Part shown: one piece after another, positions 38,701 through 47,733 of the stretch
How positions within the stretch are numbered: the first letter of the stretch is position 1
Layout of the letters: every line of letters begins with the position of its first letter
Translations under genes and position numbers: made by a program
The notes under the pieces: model-generated
What the model saw: only the letters and a program-made list of their open reading frames with translations
What the model was told of the DNA's origin: nothing
The model's database searches: none
From: a virus
IMG/VR virus record: IMGVR_UViG_3300012954_000010
Span: 1-64,000 of that record
Reading direction: 5' to 3' (one strand)
DNA length: 64,000 bases

Positions 38701-41700
38701 AGACATAGAGTTATACTTGATAACTCCTGTTCCGTCATGTGGAGCAGCAATTGTTGTGTCGTATACAATAGATCTTGGTGTAACATATAGTGCAGACTTC
38801 TTGCCTTGTAGGGGATCATCTACAACATTAAAGAATCCAGTTTCCGAAGAAGACTGACCATTCTTATCAAAGTAGTAATACTTAGAGTATTGTAATGCTT
38901 GTTTTTTAGAATATGAATTATTTGTAAGTCTTGATCCGAAACCAAGTTTTAAATCAACAATCCCACCATTGATTGTTCTTTCTGTAGTAACAATGTTATA
39001 ATTGATACTTGGAGAAATTTCAAACGCTCTTCCATTCATAGAAGGGTGAGCAGTATTGAAACTATATTTGTAGAACTTCTTAATATCAATTACAGGGTTT
39101 CTTGTAAACTCTAGATTGTCAGAAGAAAATTCAAATACAGATTTTGCTGGTTCTATATCTAAAATTCTAACTAGTTTCTGATCAGCACTCTGATCAAAGA
39201 ATACTGTGCTTAGAGAAACTTCATTGATTGTACTTAGAGTTTGATCATATCCAAATACAACTTCAGCAACTTGAGTTGACGCATCATATTCTTCGATGAC
39301 TGGATCTCTAGGACTAGATCCAAGAGCAAATCCTTTTGGTAAATTAAATGCAGGTGCAATCTGTGTTAATGCAGCACCATCAAAATGTTCTACCGCAGTA
39401 GTTCCTAACTGTCCTCTCAATACAGTTAGTACATTGTCAGTTCTATTAACTACCTTTACGATCTCACTGCCAATTCTGATAAAATCATCTGCAGTGAATC
39501 CAGTACCATCAGCTACATTGATATCAGTTTCTTCTGCACCAAGACCAACATGGTCTACACGAATCTGAACACTACCAGTTGTTAGATCTGATTTTGAGAG
39601 ATAAGCAGCACTAACTGTAAGGACATCACCTCTCTTGTATCCAGTTCCCTTCTTATCCGATCTTGGTGCTACAGATGTTACATATCCTTCAGGTCCAACA
39701 ACTATACGCGCTGTTGCGTCCTCTCCAGATCCACCAAGTAGAGGTGCCTCTGCATATGTTTGGTTTGGTAGGTAGTCAGCACCACCAGTTAGGAGCGTCA
39801 GTTTACCAACACCAGTATCCGTGAGAACCGTTGCAGCAACTGGGATGTTGAACTTAATTTTTTGATAAATTCTACTTCTTACATAGTATAGTGTTGTTGA
39901 TGATGAATCGTCTGGATTGATATCAACATCAATCACATCATTAACACCAACACCATGATCTTGACTGGTCTTCAGTATTGCAACATTGTTGTTAATGTTG
40001 AAAATAATCAAACCACTACTTAGAGAACCAACTTGGGCAACATTAACACCAGGAGTATCAAGTAAATTTGAACTTCTGATAAAATAGTCGTCTGTTGGTG
40101 TAAATGAACCAAATACTAGTCGTACTTTTACACTATTCTTAGAAATAGTAGTTTCTAGCACAATTCCTTGTGCAATTACTGATGCAGCACCATCAGTGTA
40201 CTCAAGCATTGCACCAGATGTGTATGATGCATTCTCATCAAGAATTAAATTTAGTACAGTTGTATTAGAACTGAGTGTGTCTCCAGTAGAAAACTCACCA
40301 CTTACATTTCTAAGTGCAAATTTCTTACCAGAGAATACATCACCAACAATCTCACCAGACGCACCAGTTACATCTTGAGTGATAGTATCACCATCAAACA
40401 AATATGCAGTGTTGGAAAGATTGACCAGTAGCGCCTTTGTAGATTGAGACTCAATAGACTCAACTTGTTTTCCTTTTACAGAAGATACTTCTGCAGTGGC
40501 ACCAAAACCACTGGTAGATGTATTGTCAATGAATACTTCAGATCCTACAGAGAATGTATCGACACTAGAATAGATCTCAGCACCAGATACATTACCTCTT
40601 TCGATATCTTCAATAACTGCTACTGCCAGTTCACCATTAGCATCGATGTCAGCAGTTCTGAGTCTCGTAGAAGTCTTAGGAATGTCAGTATGAGACAATG
40701 CCTGTGTATAGTTTGAATCTCTAGGAATAGAATAATAGTTGTCTCCTAGGATATATGGGAACTGTGGGTCGTCATTACCATCAACAGTAATGAAGTATGC
40801 ATAAGTTCCTTCTGGGTAGTCTGGAGTCACACAGAATCTACCATTGTTTTGATCTAGGTGTCCACTCTGGTGAACATAAGTATAATCTTCAAAAAATGAA
40901 CCTAACGGATAAGTAGCAACAGCAGGTCCATTACTTCTTGCAATATTTTTAGTGTAACTAGAATCCATTCTTACAATGGAACTAGTAGGATCTAGAGCAT
41001 CAGAAAAACCAAAAGCACCGTAAATAGGATTGCCATCATAAGCAAATCCTAAAATAGGAGAGTGGTTAGATCCATTATCGTTTTGTCTCAAAGCAGTTGG
41101 TGATGCATAGTATGCATACCCATAATCTTGAGAGATATCTTTGTTTTGGATAGCATAACCATTATTACTATCTAACTCAGACGAATATAGTTCATAACGA
41201 TTCTTAGTCCATTGCAATACTTTAGATTCTGCAATAGCACCAGAACCAACAGCAATAACATCTACACGAATGTTCTCTGCTGTATAACCGCTACCTTTAT
41301 TGATCTGAATAAAATCAACTAGTTGACCTGCAGGAGAAACTACAGCAGTGTAGTCAGCAAATCTTCCTTTACCTGCTAGATCTATAATTCTGATGACTGG
41401 TGAGGAAGAGTAGAACTCACCTGGGTTCGATACCACTAAACTAGTGATTTCACCATTAGTAATGATTGGTGTTACTACACCGTTTCTACCAGATACAACT
41501 TCTACTTGTGGGTTGCCTTGATAGTTGCCAGGATTGTCTACTACAATAGACTCAACAACCTGACCTGCCATTTTTGCTCTAGCAATACCAGCAGCACCGT
41601 CTACTAATACAAATGGTTCTCTTGCATAACCAGAACCCCTGTTGAGCACAGCGATCTCTTGTAGTGGACCATTGAATACTTTCTCAGTATCCTTGGCACT

Positions 41701-43221
41701 CATTGCAACAACACCATTTACAAAGATACCAACATCTCTATCGTTGGTTTTGTAAATCTCTGTGGTGCTTGTAGGTTGCTTTGGTATAATTCTTAATTGA
41801 CGCTGATCCTTAATAGGAACATTCAATGTGAATGGGTGATCAGGGAATCCAGAAGATGCAATGTAATAGTCTGTGTCATCCTCGAAAACTGCAGATACAC
41901 CAGAGTTTAGTAGTGGTAAACCAGATACTTTACCACTTGATAGATTCCATCTAATATTATTCTGAGAGTCAACAATTTTTTGATTCGTTGTCTCAAATCC
42001 TGGTCTAGAAATTTCTAGTTTTTCACCAGCAACTGCATATGGTTCTTTAGTCTCAGATTCTACTGAATATAAGACACCTAAGATTAAAATTGAGTCTGTA
42101 CCTACATTGACTTCAGCAGCGTCATATACAAGACTGCCCGCAGTGTAAGAAGAACTGCCAGATCTGGTCTTGATGGTAAATTGATTGACATTTTTAGTTT
42201 CAAATGTGAAGACTTCGTTCTCAATGTAGAACTTACCAGTCTCACCCCATCCCATAGTAGAAAACACATCAACAACTGTGCTGCTGATGTCAATGTCTTC
42301 TGTTAGTTTTGTTTTAGATGAAATTACAAAGTCACCATTGACAGTTTCTTCTGCCAAGATAAATTCGTATAAATCAATACCGTCATATGTACCAGAGAAT
42401 AGTACATTGTCGATGGTAGCAGAAGCGTAGTTACCATCTAGGTTTTGGACGATTTGTTTTCCAATAAATGACTCTGGAGAACCAGAAATGATTTTTACTT
42501 TTAGAGAATAGTTATTAGTCCATGTAGACTCAGATGACTTGAGTGTATAATCTCTAGGATATAATACCTCAGGGTTCTGGTCATTAGGAACTAGACATTT
42601 GAACAAAAACTTGATAGAGTTCTTTGTTCCCTTAGATTTGTAAAAATCACCGATGTTTTTGATCAGTGTTCTTTGATCAACCTTCTCATTTAGAAATGCT
42701 ATAGGAAAGTCTGGTAAGTATTGTGCCTCGAAACTCTTCACAAGAGCAAAGAGGAACAGATTACTAATATTTTGTACAGTAGAACCATTTGGGTGGTCTG
42801 CTGCTTGTGTAGTTACAAATGTAGACTCATTATACAGATCTCCCAGTGTAGTGTTACCACTTACACCTCTGCTTACATGGAGAAACTTTGTATCGGTTCT
42901 TTCTTTGTAAAAACAAATTTCGTCGTTTACTGCTAAGTATCCTGATGTAGGAAACGCAGTGGCATCTACTACAGTAATAGTAGTATCAGTGTCTTGTGCA
43001 AATTCTGCAAGTTTAGTCTCTTGCTGCAGAATTTTCTTCTCATAAAAATCAATATTACGATATGTCGCAATATTGTTTGCAATGTCTAATGGTTGCCCTT
43101 GTAATTCAAGCTGCTCATAATACTTCTGCACGAACTTACCAAAAAGTTCGTACTCATCGCTGATAAATGCTGGAAGTTGATCTTCAATTAAAAGAGAGAT
43201 CTTATTAGCAGTTTTAGGCAT
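32764..43221 (-). CDS. gp7: Baseplate wedge initiator gp7-like giant protein with an inserted YHYH-like domain
   Basis: Lies between gp6 and gp8; QLPAFI, FYKSKGT..SI.FLF, DSFYYQDYSYVVKS...HPAGF; HSPILGFAYDGNPIYG...LDQNNGRFCVTPDYP.GTYAYF. Confidence 0.85.
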   Translation of the reverse strand: MPKTANKISLLIEDQLPAFISDEYELFGKFVQKYYEQLELQGQPLDIANNIATYRNIDFYEKKILQQETKLAEFAQDTDTTITVVDATAFPTSGYLAVNDEICFYKERTDTKFLHVSRGVSGNTTLGDLYNESTFVTTQAADHPNGSTVQNISNLFLFALVKSFEAQYLPDFPIAFLNEKVDQRTLIKNIGDFYKSKGTKNSIKFLFKCLVPNDQNPEVLYPRDYTLKSSESTWTNNYSLKVKIISGSPESFIGKQIVQNLDGNYASATIDNVLFSGTYDGIDLYEFILAEETVNGDFVISSKTKLTEDIDISSTVVDVFSTMGWGETGKFYIENEVFTFETKNVNQFTIKTRSGSSSYTAGSLVYDAAEVNVGTDSILILGVLYSVESETKEPYAVAGEKLEISRPGFETTNQKIVDSQNNIRWNLSSGKVSGLPLLNSGVSAVFEDDTDYYIASSGFPDHPFTLNVPIKDQRQLRIIPKQPTSTTEIYKTNDRDVGIFVNGVVAMSAKDTEKVFNGPLQEIAVLNRGSGYAREPFVLVDGAAGIARAKMAGQVVESIVVDNPGNYQGNPQVEVVSGRNGVVTPIITNGEITSLVVSNPGEFYSSSPVIRIIDLAGKGRFADYTAVVSPAGQLVDFIQINKGSGYTAENIRVDVIAVGSGAIAESKVLQWTKNRYELYSSELDSNNGYAIQNKDISQDYGYAYYASPTALRQNDNGSNHSPILGFAYDGNPIYGAFGFSDALDPTSSIVRMDSSYTKNIARSNGPAVATYPLGSFFEDYTYVHQSGHLDQNNGRFCVTPDYPEGTYAYFITVDGNDDPQFPYILGDNYYSIPRDSNYTQALSHTDIPKTSTRLRTADIDANGELAVAVIEDIERGNVSGAEIYSSVDTFSVGSEVFIDNTSTSGFGATAEVSSVKGKQVESIESQSTKALLVNLSNTAYLFDGDTITQDVTGASGEIVGDVFSGKKFALRNVSGEFSTGDTLSSNTTVLNLILDENASYTSGAMLEYTDGAASVIAQGIVLETTISKNSVKVRLVFGSFTPTDDYFIRSSNLLDTPGVNVAQVGSLSSGLIIFNINNNVAILKTSQDHGVGVNDVIDVDINPDDSSSTTLYYVRSRIYQKIKFNIPVAATVLTDTGVGKLTLLTGGADYLPNQTYAEAPLLGGSGEDATARIVVGPEGYVTSVAPRSDKKGTGYKRGDVLTVSAAYLSKSDLTTGSVQIRVDHVGLGAEETDINVADGTGFTADDFIRIGSEIVKVVNRTDNVLTVLRGQLGTTAVEHFDGAALTQIAPAFNLPKGFALGSSPRDPVIEEYDASTQVAEVVFGYDQTLSTINEVSLSTVFFDQSADQKLVRILDIEPAKSVFEFSSDNLEFTRNPVIDIKKFYKYSFNTAHPSMNGRAFEISPSINYNIVTTERTINGGIVDLKLGFGSRLTNNSYSKKQALQYSKYYYFDKNGQSSSETGFFNVVDDPLQGKKSALYVTPRSIVYDTTIAAPHDGTGVIKYNSMSQFSVGEINTVNVINTGTEYRKLPIVTGVLPTPTYVAKATADIVDGSLSAVVVTNNGSNYSKAKAIVEGNALLEVVQDQGRVTGIVVKHPGSGYTTPPTINIVESDVRVYLTSETIGLPRNVRIINNGGSYHNDKTLSSTIRSNYIFKVSNFREDAFGIGETIIQTNSGVETARAKVVSWRKGSNILIVKDITGLFRENIEILGISRRNTAVLDTIAYSKFNKNIKTYFDNIGSFQDDQGVVSSSNQRLTDSFYYQDYSYVVKSRTSINSWRELIKKTTHPAGFQLFGEVLVESDSAVPMSPNTKTVGTSIVQLWDPNKNKITVVSTKKQVTTSVIKTEQLKIERGAGSIGLETFNTTEIRAKELYLNGAFTGAFTDRGNLEGRTVFTLVDNTGATISPYNEQALTITLDGILQEPGRAYTVNGNKITFAAPPLGPSVKDGQQVPGVTFHCRYFEFKNATLNARYLKRVRNIYQREGTWIDSANQLAMNKAFIQSETLGYIQNEYPNLSWGTLGTKCYRDIGLVVEALEHDLRFGGNSKTIDAIEKYFIDGVLAYIDGELEASIKAYDYAVRLCKLAMRNWDFVDRQVSWTPGTDLVTVSNSDNIAIGMKISAGRAFNPATTVTEIIDERTIRISQPSLNISNTLQQLTVNQILTTDQSTAPILQIAPGIFIQIDQGATYTISLPQSGQINVSANAQMTFIWSGLNNGTFYDASTLIEANKINIQREAAHRIYDKYPKFTYPRVPEAAFRFKDGRRLIYDNLQDIVTQTIAELDTKYGSEFATEKCARDLKIVIAAVAEDTGRGGNSATIAATNRYFTNHDALDGERTESIYGFNFARDLCIEAINNRGTVQDPGIILVPDCTNVNSAVTTLFGILTDALTNNTAPTTTVNTGIKEWVEAEDFCFRDTGILVDAIVYSLRWGGTQKVVEFAEAYFNNYKLNHIQGELLETIYANEVARDLMILAMRNNISGSTIIAPVTDPLVRVDNITPYCADVESAITSYINVVTTILQGGPNRVVATPENESSTGYWTTLKTYVNKNILPDPLLVNATLSECEEVASALDSLYDGIKSTLVTGPGTVEISLPDYTNNENTIFDLYYEDGGVVDLDDDENLFVSISGILQHDGAYFIDKTQTPNRIVFSGAPIWDQGENVKTVQEPLAVERIAMHGVGNYKRCKLDTSGILDGSAGPFIIIRKEDDNVQTVDDPRYMFVFIDGVMQRRDAYSINGPAIRFTRKVYDYNNIELILLYGRELDQSIALHDFEPNTYLNRLTLTISDSSPNQYDNVFTFTNINYDKERFVYQKDGSTVNIIGKIKKLSRTNDRTIELVVSGNNPVFNGSSELYFSTDYISYADEVQLSGVTATLAYQLDENGNRRMQRDSSPWLYDSVLADNSFYVRKNGLARLNAGDKVKIDGELEFRTIKKLPQFVNPKDYRDNQYIGSEYFGSVTTTNYNGNTNGVGLSATAVMDGDKVSRVDWNRKDLALYYNEGIIQPTTAYGYDTAPVLHFVPQNGQGGGAKAKVIVSKGQIVDIVLIESGSGYTEAPKIVVARKYDLLKGNSRKIDSFVSLAFANKIKKASPAAVNITFEFNRGIESINTTEAAISYNDIDVQLVIQKKVDFSATFLVKQQFTVFTPPTVSQVHAISTVSAGTDAVRKTIEIDRTLESQPVLTTISAKTFGYQFVAPDQFGPNAGSFQIFQNYGNIVSAAGIPVSGLSIEELDRYGITIDQFNDPYFKPPFVTGSINDYLTQLQTDDIPGRYTGADIFDNSYISASGYPDPSPDGYYKIYNGAVFLYVSVAAGTDAVTSFRSNISGSGTFPGTSLLQTDGIYVEWGPGPVVLNNYYSGDSLTGFANDSNAPNLQDRIQNKAFQTGYGYYDVFRGTADPNVQGIVLKPNFDISAYNNQIGQFKWIKNVDYDFTETNNIVYCNTDKLPASGTILVGREQMTYTSKLSDRLLGVDRGINGTPTEFHAVGEYIRLLS

Positions 43222-43224
43222 CTA

Positions 43225-45030
43225 CTACTCTTTATATGCGACGAATTTACTCTTAGCAACATCAACATCCAGATATGCTTCTCTAAGTACAGAAACATCA
43301 TCTGACGCTGGTTTTACACGCAACTCAATACGATTGTCTGAGAAACTTCCTTGGATAATAGTTAGATCATACATTTTGATCTCACCATGAACATAATCAA
43401 TGTCACCCAGAGAGTCATTTAAGACAATTTTTTCACCAGTCAGTGCATCTAGTCTATATAGGACAATTTTGCCAGATCTATCCTCTAGATACACGGTATA
43501 GTTTGGATACTCAAGGGTTACGAATCCACTGGATGATACAACTGGATCGTCACAATCCGTTAGGAATTCATTCTGGTAACAGATCTCATAATATGATGTA
43601 GCATTTAGTTGTGCATAGAAATCTTTTCTGAGAGTTACTTCCGTCAAGTTTGAATTGATTGCTCTATCAGCATCGTCAATCACACCAACGAATTTGGAGT
43701 ATCTGAACTTACCATTAAACTTCTCAGTATCAGAAGTTTTTAGATACTCTGTAATTGCACTACTGACTTTAGAAGCAACATCTCTTGGTAGTAGATTTGT
43801 CTTTGTTCCGTTGTAATAGATCTTGGAAGACAACTCCACATATAGAATAGATGGATCAACCAATACAGGTCTTACGGAACCCACTGAGTATTGCTTCAGA
43901 TCCGCCTCAATCTGTCTCTTTGTGAATTGTGATAAGAACGATGCATCAGATGGTTTGATGGCAATGAAGACCTTACCGTAGGCAGGAGGGACTTGATCTT
44001 CTCCACCAAATACAATGATGTCGCTGATCGCTGGATATACATTACGAGCGATTACTTCATAGTCACTGCTTGTGACTGCTCTGTTTTGAGATGCAAAGTA
44101 TTTTGGTGCAAGATACTTGATTTTGTTAATGCTCTCAATATCTTCACCACCAGATGCCTTCGAGACTGTAGTGATATTATTTACACTGTAAGGAACAGAG
44201 AGAACACCTACATCATCTAAGAAGACACCTGCAAATGAGAATGTACGCGCACCATTAGACTCTTTTCCATTGGTCCTCACATAGTTCATCTCAACAACTT
44301 CGCCGTCTTCTAACTTACGACCTAGTACACCATCACCAAAAATAACTTGATATCTCTCATCTTCAATTTCATTGACAAAAAATACCTTAGCATCCTTATC
44401 AATACTAGGATCTAAGATGTTGTCAACACGCTTGTATGAATCATTGATTGTACTAGTCTCAGATTGAAATACATTTACCTTCAATGTATTCAAGTCTGCA
44501 CTAGAATTCTCAATTAAAAACTTTTGAGACTCAGATACACTATTGACTACAGTTCTTGACTTAACCTGAGTTCCTTCTACCAATTCTACTTCTGTAAATG
44601 TAGCAACACCGTTTGCTACTTCCGCCCTGGTATCTTCAACTACAATGTACTGATATACACTGTCATCGTAGTTAGTGATAAAACCAGTTCCCTTCTTCAG
44701 AGTGATAAACCCTGGTGCGTTGTTAGGGATGCTAACATTAAATGATAATACTGTCTTTGGAGCAGTAATTGACTTCGGTGTGTATCCTAACTGTTTCGCT
44801 AGTGTAACAACATTGTCTCTCAGTGTTGCACTATCGAGAAACATCTCGTTTACCACCATGTTCGTATTGAACGCAGTGTAGTATGTGTTATACGCTAACA
44901 CATCTAATAGTTGACTGAGCACAGAACCATCAAAGTCATAGTCTGTGAAATCAGACTGCGCTCTCATGTATTCCTTTAGCGCAGTTTTAATCTCAGAAAA
45001 ATCTAGATTATTGAGCTGAGTGTATGGCAT
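43225..45030 (-). CDS. gp6: Baseplate wedge subunit gp6
   Basis: LDF..IK, FTDYDFDGS, LAYNTYY, EMFLDSA, AKQLGYTP, QNRAVT..DY, YGKVFIAIKP. Confidence 0.95.
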   Translation of the reverse strand: MPYTQLNNLDFSEIKTALKEYMRAQSDFTDYDFDGSVLSQLLDVLAYNTYYTAFNTNMVVNEMFLDSATLRDNVVTLAKQLGYTPKSITAPKTVLSFNVSIPNNAPGFITLKKGTGFITNYDDSVYQYIVVEDTRAEVANGVATFTEVELVEGTQVKSRTVVNSVSESQKFLIENSSADLNTLKVNVFQSETSTINDSYKRVDNILDPSIDKDAKVFFVNEIEDERYQVIFGDGVLGRKLEDGEVVEMNYVRTNGKESNGARTFSFAGVFLDDVGVLSVPYSVNNITTVSKASGGEDIESINKIKYLAPKYFASQNRAVTSSDYEVIARNVYPAISDIIVFGGEDQVPPAYGKVFIAIKPSDASFLSQFTKRQIEADLKQYSVGSVRPVLVDPSILYVELSSKIYYNGTKTNLLPRDVASKVSSAITEYLKTSDTEKFNGKFRYSKFVGVIDDADRAINSNLTEVTLRKDFYAQLNATSYYEICYQNEFLTDCDDPVVSSSGFVTLEYPNYTVYLEDRSGKIVLYRLDALTGEKIVLNDSLGDIDYVHGEIKMYDLTIIQGSFSDNRIELRVKPASDDVSVLREAYLDVDVAKSKFVAYKE

Positions 45031-45429
45031 TTATCTTGTGCGGGTCAGGAAGAACTCTACAGCAATTGGTGCAATCTCTGTACCAACAACCTCAAATGAC
45101 AACTCCACATTAAAACCATTATCATTATAATTAGGTGCTGTGTTTATTTGCACAATCTCAATTCTAGGTTCAAATGTTTTTAGTGTTTCACGAATCGATG
45201 AATTAATAAGTGCTGCAGTAGCAAAATCTAATGGCTCAAATAAAAAGGAGCGAAGACCACTCCCAATATTGGGTTGGAATGGTCTCTCTCCTTGATCAGT
45301 TAATAGTAATGTTGTGATCGCTTGTTTGATTGCGGCAGCATCCTTAGTAACAACCAGATCATCAGTAACTGGATGCTTCTTAAAACTAAGATTCAAATCC
45401 TTGAAGGATTGTGTCAGAGCTTTTGCCAC
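45031..45429 (-). CDS. gp25: Baseplate wedge subunit gp25
   Basis: FKDLNLSF..HP.T.D, GERPFQP.IGS, FEPRI; CTAAATA at 45453-45459. Confidence 0.92.
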   Translation of the reverse strand: MAKALTQSFKDLNLSFKKHPVTDDLVVTKDAAAIKQAITTLLLTDQGERPFQPNIGSGLRSFLFEPLDFATAALINSSIRETLKTFEPRIEIVQINTAPNYNDNGFNVELSFEVVGTEIAPIAVEFFLTRTR

Positions 45430-45459
45430 AATATAAGTAGAAGATTACTTCTTATTTAG

Positions 45460-45633
45460 TCACTCCGTCCAACGCTCAACAAAATCGTCCATATCCTTCT
45501 TACGACGCTTTTGATCTGCAATTTGCTTAAGATACTTTTCACTGTCAACTTCAGTGATCAGTGTCATGCCGCTACGAATAAACTCATCACCTTTATCTAC
45601 AGATCCGTCCAGGTGTTGTGGATGTCCCATCAT
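45460..45633 (-). CDS. Hypothetical protein (57 aa)
   Basis: Hand-translated MMGHPQHLDGSVDKGDEFIRSGMTLITEVDSEKYL...; ATGA-coupled to the upstream gene; SD GGAG. Confidence 0.65.
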   Translation of the reverse strand: MMGHPQHLDGSVDKGDEFIRSGMTLITEVDSEKYLKQIADQKRRKKDMDDFVERWTE

Positions 45634-46328
45634 TTGTTCTCCTCCGTTAGTAGTTGTGGATCAGAACTTTTAGTGGGGTTGCTATCCCGTTCTGCTGGTG
45701 TGGTCCAAAAATAATCATCGGTGTCTCCAAGGCGTCCCCAGGCGGTTCCGTTCTCTACTTGGTATTCTATAGTCGATACCTTGAAGTCGGGCATCAGGGG
45801 CGTCTCAGGTGTGATAGAGAGATCGTATACACGCATCCTATTATTAGGATACAAAGCAAACTGACCATTCTCTAATGCAATGCAATTATGTGACTTGTGC
45901 TCGGCGGGCACTTCACTCACATTATTATCTATAACATCAATGTTCGCGTGATAGTTATCTAATGTAAACAAATACTCACCGCGCATCAAACCATGGTCTC
46001 TAGTTCTCAATTCAATATCCATAGAACTAATAAAACCTTTATTGATGCATCCTACACCGTAGTCCATACAGTTCCAGAATTGTAAATTGGGTAAATCCAT
46101 ATCTACATTCGGAGTTTTCGGCGTTCGGAGGAACGCGCTTATCGGTAACTTATCATACAAAGCACCATACTCAGGTAGGTAAGTCTCAAAGTAAAAAGCA
46201 CGCCCAGGTATCGACTTTGCAGATACCCAGACGCCTCTAACAAACTCACCATGCCCATCCTGATGGTCGCGAAGATATTCTCTACGGACCCATACAGTCA
46301 CAGCAGGCAAATTACAAATCAGATTCAT
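45630..46328 (-). CDS. Conserved phage hypothetical protein
   Basis: 232-aa ORF (LYDKLPISAF, LQFWNC, EHKSHN, YPNNR), coupled to neighbours on both sides. Confidence 0.75.
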   Translation of the reverse strand: MNLICNLPAVTVWVRREYLRDHQDGHGEFVRGVWVSAKSIPGRAFYFETYLPEYGALYDKLPISAFLRTPKTPNVDMDLPNLQFWNCMDYGVGCINKGFISSMDIELRTRDHGLMRGEYLFTLDNYHANIDVIDNNVSEVPAEHKSHNCIALENGQFALYPNNRMRVYDLSITPETPLMPDFKVSTIEYQVENGTAWGRLGDTDDYFWTTPAERDSNPTKSSDPQLLTEENK

Positions 46329-46471
46329 TTCTCTGTTTTCGGATAGTATACTTCAACATATGAATCACACTTAGGACAGTGGAGGTTAGTTACAAAACTA
46401 TAATCTTCGCAGAGCTCACAATCAGTGTCTCCACCCCAGATAAGTTCTGTATCACAATGCCAACATCTCAC
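46325..46471 (-). CDS. Small zinc-ribbon protein (48 aa)
   Basis: GTG start; MRCWHCDTELIWGGD...LHCPKCDSYVEVYYP; overlaps both neighbours by 4 nt. Confidence 0.7.
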   Translation of the reverse strand: MRCWHCDTELIWGGDTDCELCEDYSFVTNLHCPKCDSYVEVYYPKTEK

Positions 46472-46614
46472 CTGCCCTGACCGCGATAACGCTTGCGCTT
46501 GCCGTTGCGAGAGGTGGCACTATATTTCGTGTGCTGCCCAGAACCCTGACGAGTGCGCTTGGGTTTGGATTCGATGGTGGGTCCGCCACTGAGACCAACT
46601 TTTGCTCGAGCCAT
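46468..46614 (-). CDS. Small basic protein ending RYRGQGR (48 aa)
   Basis: Hand-translated MARAKVGLSGGPTIESKPKRTRQGSGQHTKYSATSRNGKRKRYRGQGR. Confidence 0.7.
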   Translation of the reverse strand: MARAKVGLSGGPTIESKPKRTRQGSGQHTKYSATSRNGKRKRYRGQGR

Positions 46615-46622
46615 AATTTAGG

Positions 46623-47078
46623 TTATTGTTTTGTACCGATTAGTATTGTAGGATAAGGAGTGACTCCTGTCAAGTCCCTAAACTTAGGTGTGCCACTTGG
46701 AGCATTGACTGTATCACCACTGACAACGACTCGCTTGCCTTCAAAGAAGACAGTGGTGTTGACCTTCCCAAGGATGTTGAGACGCTCCAACGGTGGTGGG
46801 ACAGGTGGTAGTATATTAGGCCATGTTCCTGGAACAGGTAGCGGTGGTCTGTCAGGATCGACAACCAGCATCGGCACACCTGTTGGTGCTTCCTTTGTAG
46901 CACCTGTTCGCAATGTCTTTAATTCTGTTGGATAGTTCGCAGCACCTTGAATAGGATACGCTGGATACTGGGCGCTGATCTCATTCCTAGTCGATGGAGA
47001 GTCCAACGCAGCTCCAGTAACAATCGTACCCTCTAGAGGGTAATCTATACCAGCAACAGGCGAATCATCAGTTGACAT
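46623..47078 (-). CDS. Pro-rich protein, possibly PAAR/gp5.4-like spike tip
   Basis: C-terminal TVFFEGKRVVVSGD...ILIG; located just upstream of the baseplate operon. Confidence 0.4.
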   Translation of the reverse strand: MSTDDSPVAGIDYPLEGTIVTGAALDSPSTRNEISAQYPAYPIQGAANYPTELKTLRTGATKEAPTGVPMLVVDPDRPPLPVPGTWPNILPPVPPPLERLNILGKVNTTVFFEGKRVVVSGDTVNAPSGTPKFRDLTGVTPYPTILIGTKQ

Positions 47079-47283
47079 ACTTACCCATCATTCTGATTTT
47101 CTCATATAGATCATCCAATGCTTCAGAGATCTTCATGTAACTCTGGGAGTGGGGCGGCTTGTACATCAATTGGGGGTTTTCTAAAGCCTTCACCCTCAGT
47201 TCCAGTCTCTCTAATTTCTCGTGCAGCTTTAGGAGTAGCTCTTTGCACTCGTGCGTCGTCAATTGGGTTTCTTGAGTCATCAT
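47068..47283 (-). CDS. Coiled-coil hypothetical protein
   Basis: LHEKLERLELRVKALE...LMYKPP; start placed at ATG 47283. Confidence 0.55.
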   Translation of the reverse strand: MMTQETQLTTHECKELLLKLHEKLERLELRVKALENPQLMYKPPHSQSYMKISEALDDLYEKIRMMGKYVN

Positions 47284-47380
47284 CTTGTCCAGTGAATCGT
47301 TGTGCTGCAGCTGCTTCAAATTGATCGCAGAATGCATCGAAGTTATTCAGTATATCTTCGTAGAAGTTGTTTTTGGTCAT
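47123..47380 (-). CDS. Hypothetical protein overlapping the next gene
   Basis: MTKNNFYEDILNNFDAFCDQFE; ATGA-coupled to the upstream ORF. Confidence 0.55.
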   Translation of the reverse strand: MTKNNFYEDILNNFDAFCDQFEAAAAQRFTGQDDDSRNPIDDARVQRATPKAAREIRETGTEGEGFRKPPIDVQAAPLPELHEDL

Positions 47381-47556
47381 AGTCCCATCATCTTTCCAAA
47401 TGTGGTTGCTTTTCCCCTCCCTGGAAGATCCTTCAGTGGATCGTTTGCAGGGTCCTTGCTGAACCTCAGGTCCATTTCCAGATCATGGAATTTTTTCTCC
47501 AAGGCGTCAATGCGCTCATTGATTTTTCTCAAGGTATATGTTAGTTCAGAATCCAT
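47377..47556 (-). CDS. Hypothetical protein (59 aa), first gene of the late block
   Basis: Hand-translated MDSELTYTLRKINERIDALEKKFHDLEMDL...; ATAAATA at 47632-47638. Confidence 0.6.
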   Translation of the reverse strand: MDSELTYTLRKINERIDALEKKFHDLEMDLRFSKDPANDPLKDLPGRGKATTFGKMMGL

Positions 47557-47707
47557 AACGACTTTTTGGGCGAATTTTTTGCTGGGAAATTTTTTTAGAT
47601 TTCATGGTTTTAAAAAAACCATTTCCAAATATATTTATCGGTCGCTGGGGAACCTTTGTAGGTTAGGAAGGACCCATGTTTTTCGCTTGGCGCCCCTTAC
47701 ATATAAC

Positions 47708-47733
47708 AAAAGGGGGCAAATCACTGCCCCCTT
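47708..47733 (-). terminator. Intrinsic terminator closing the early region
   Basis: AAGGGGGCA-GTGATT-TGCCCCCTT followed by TT. Confidence 0.85.
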
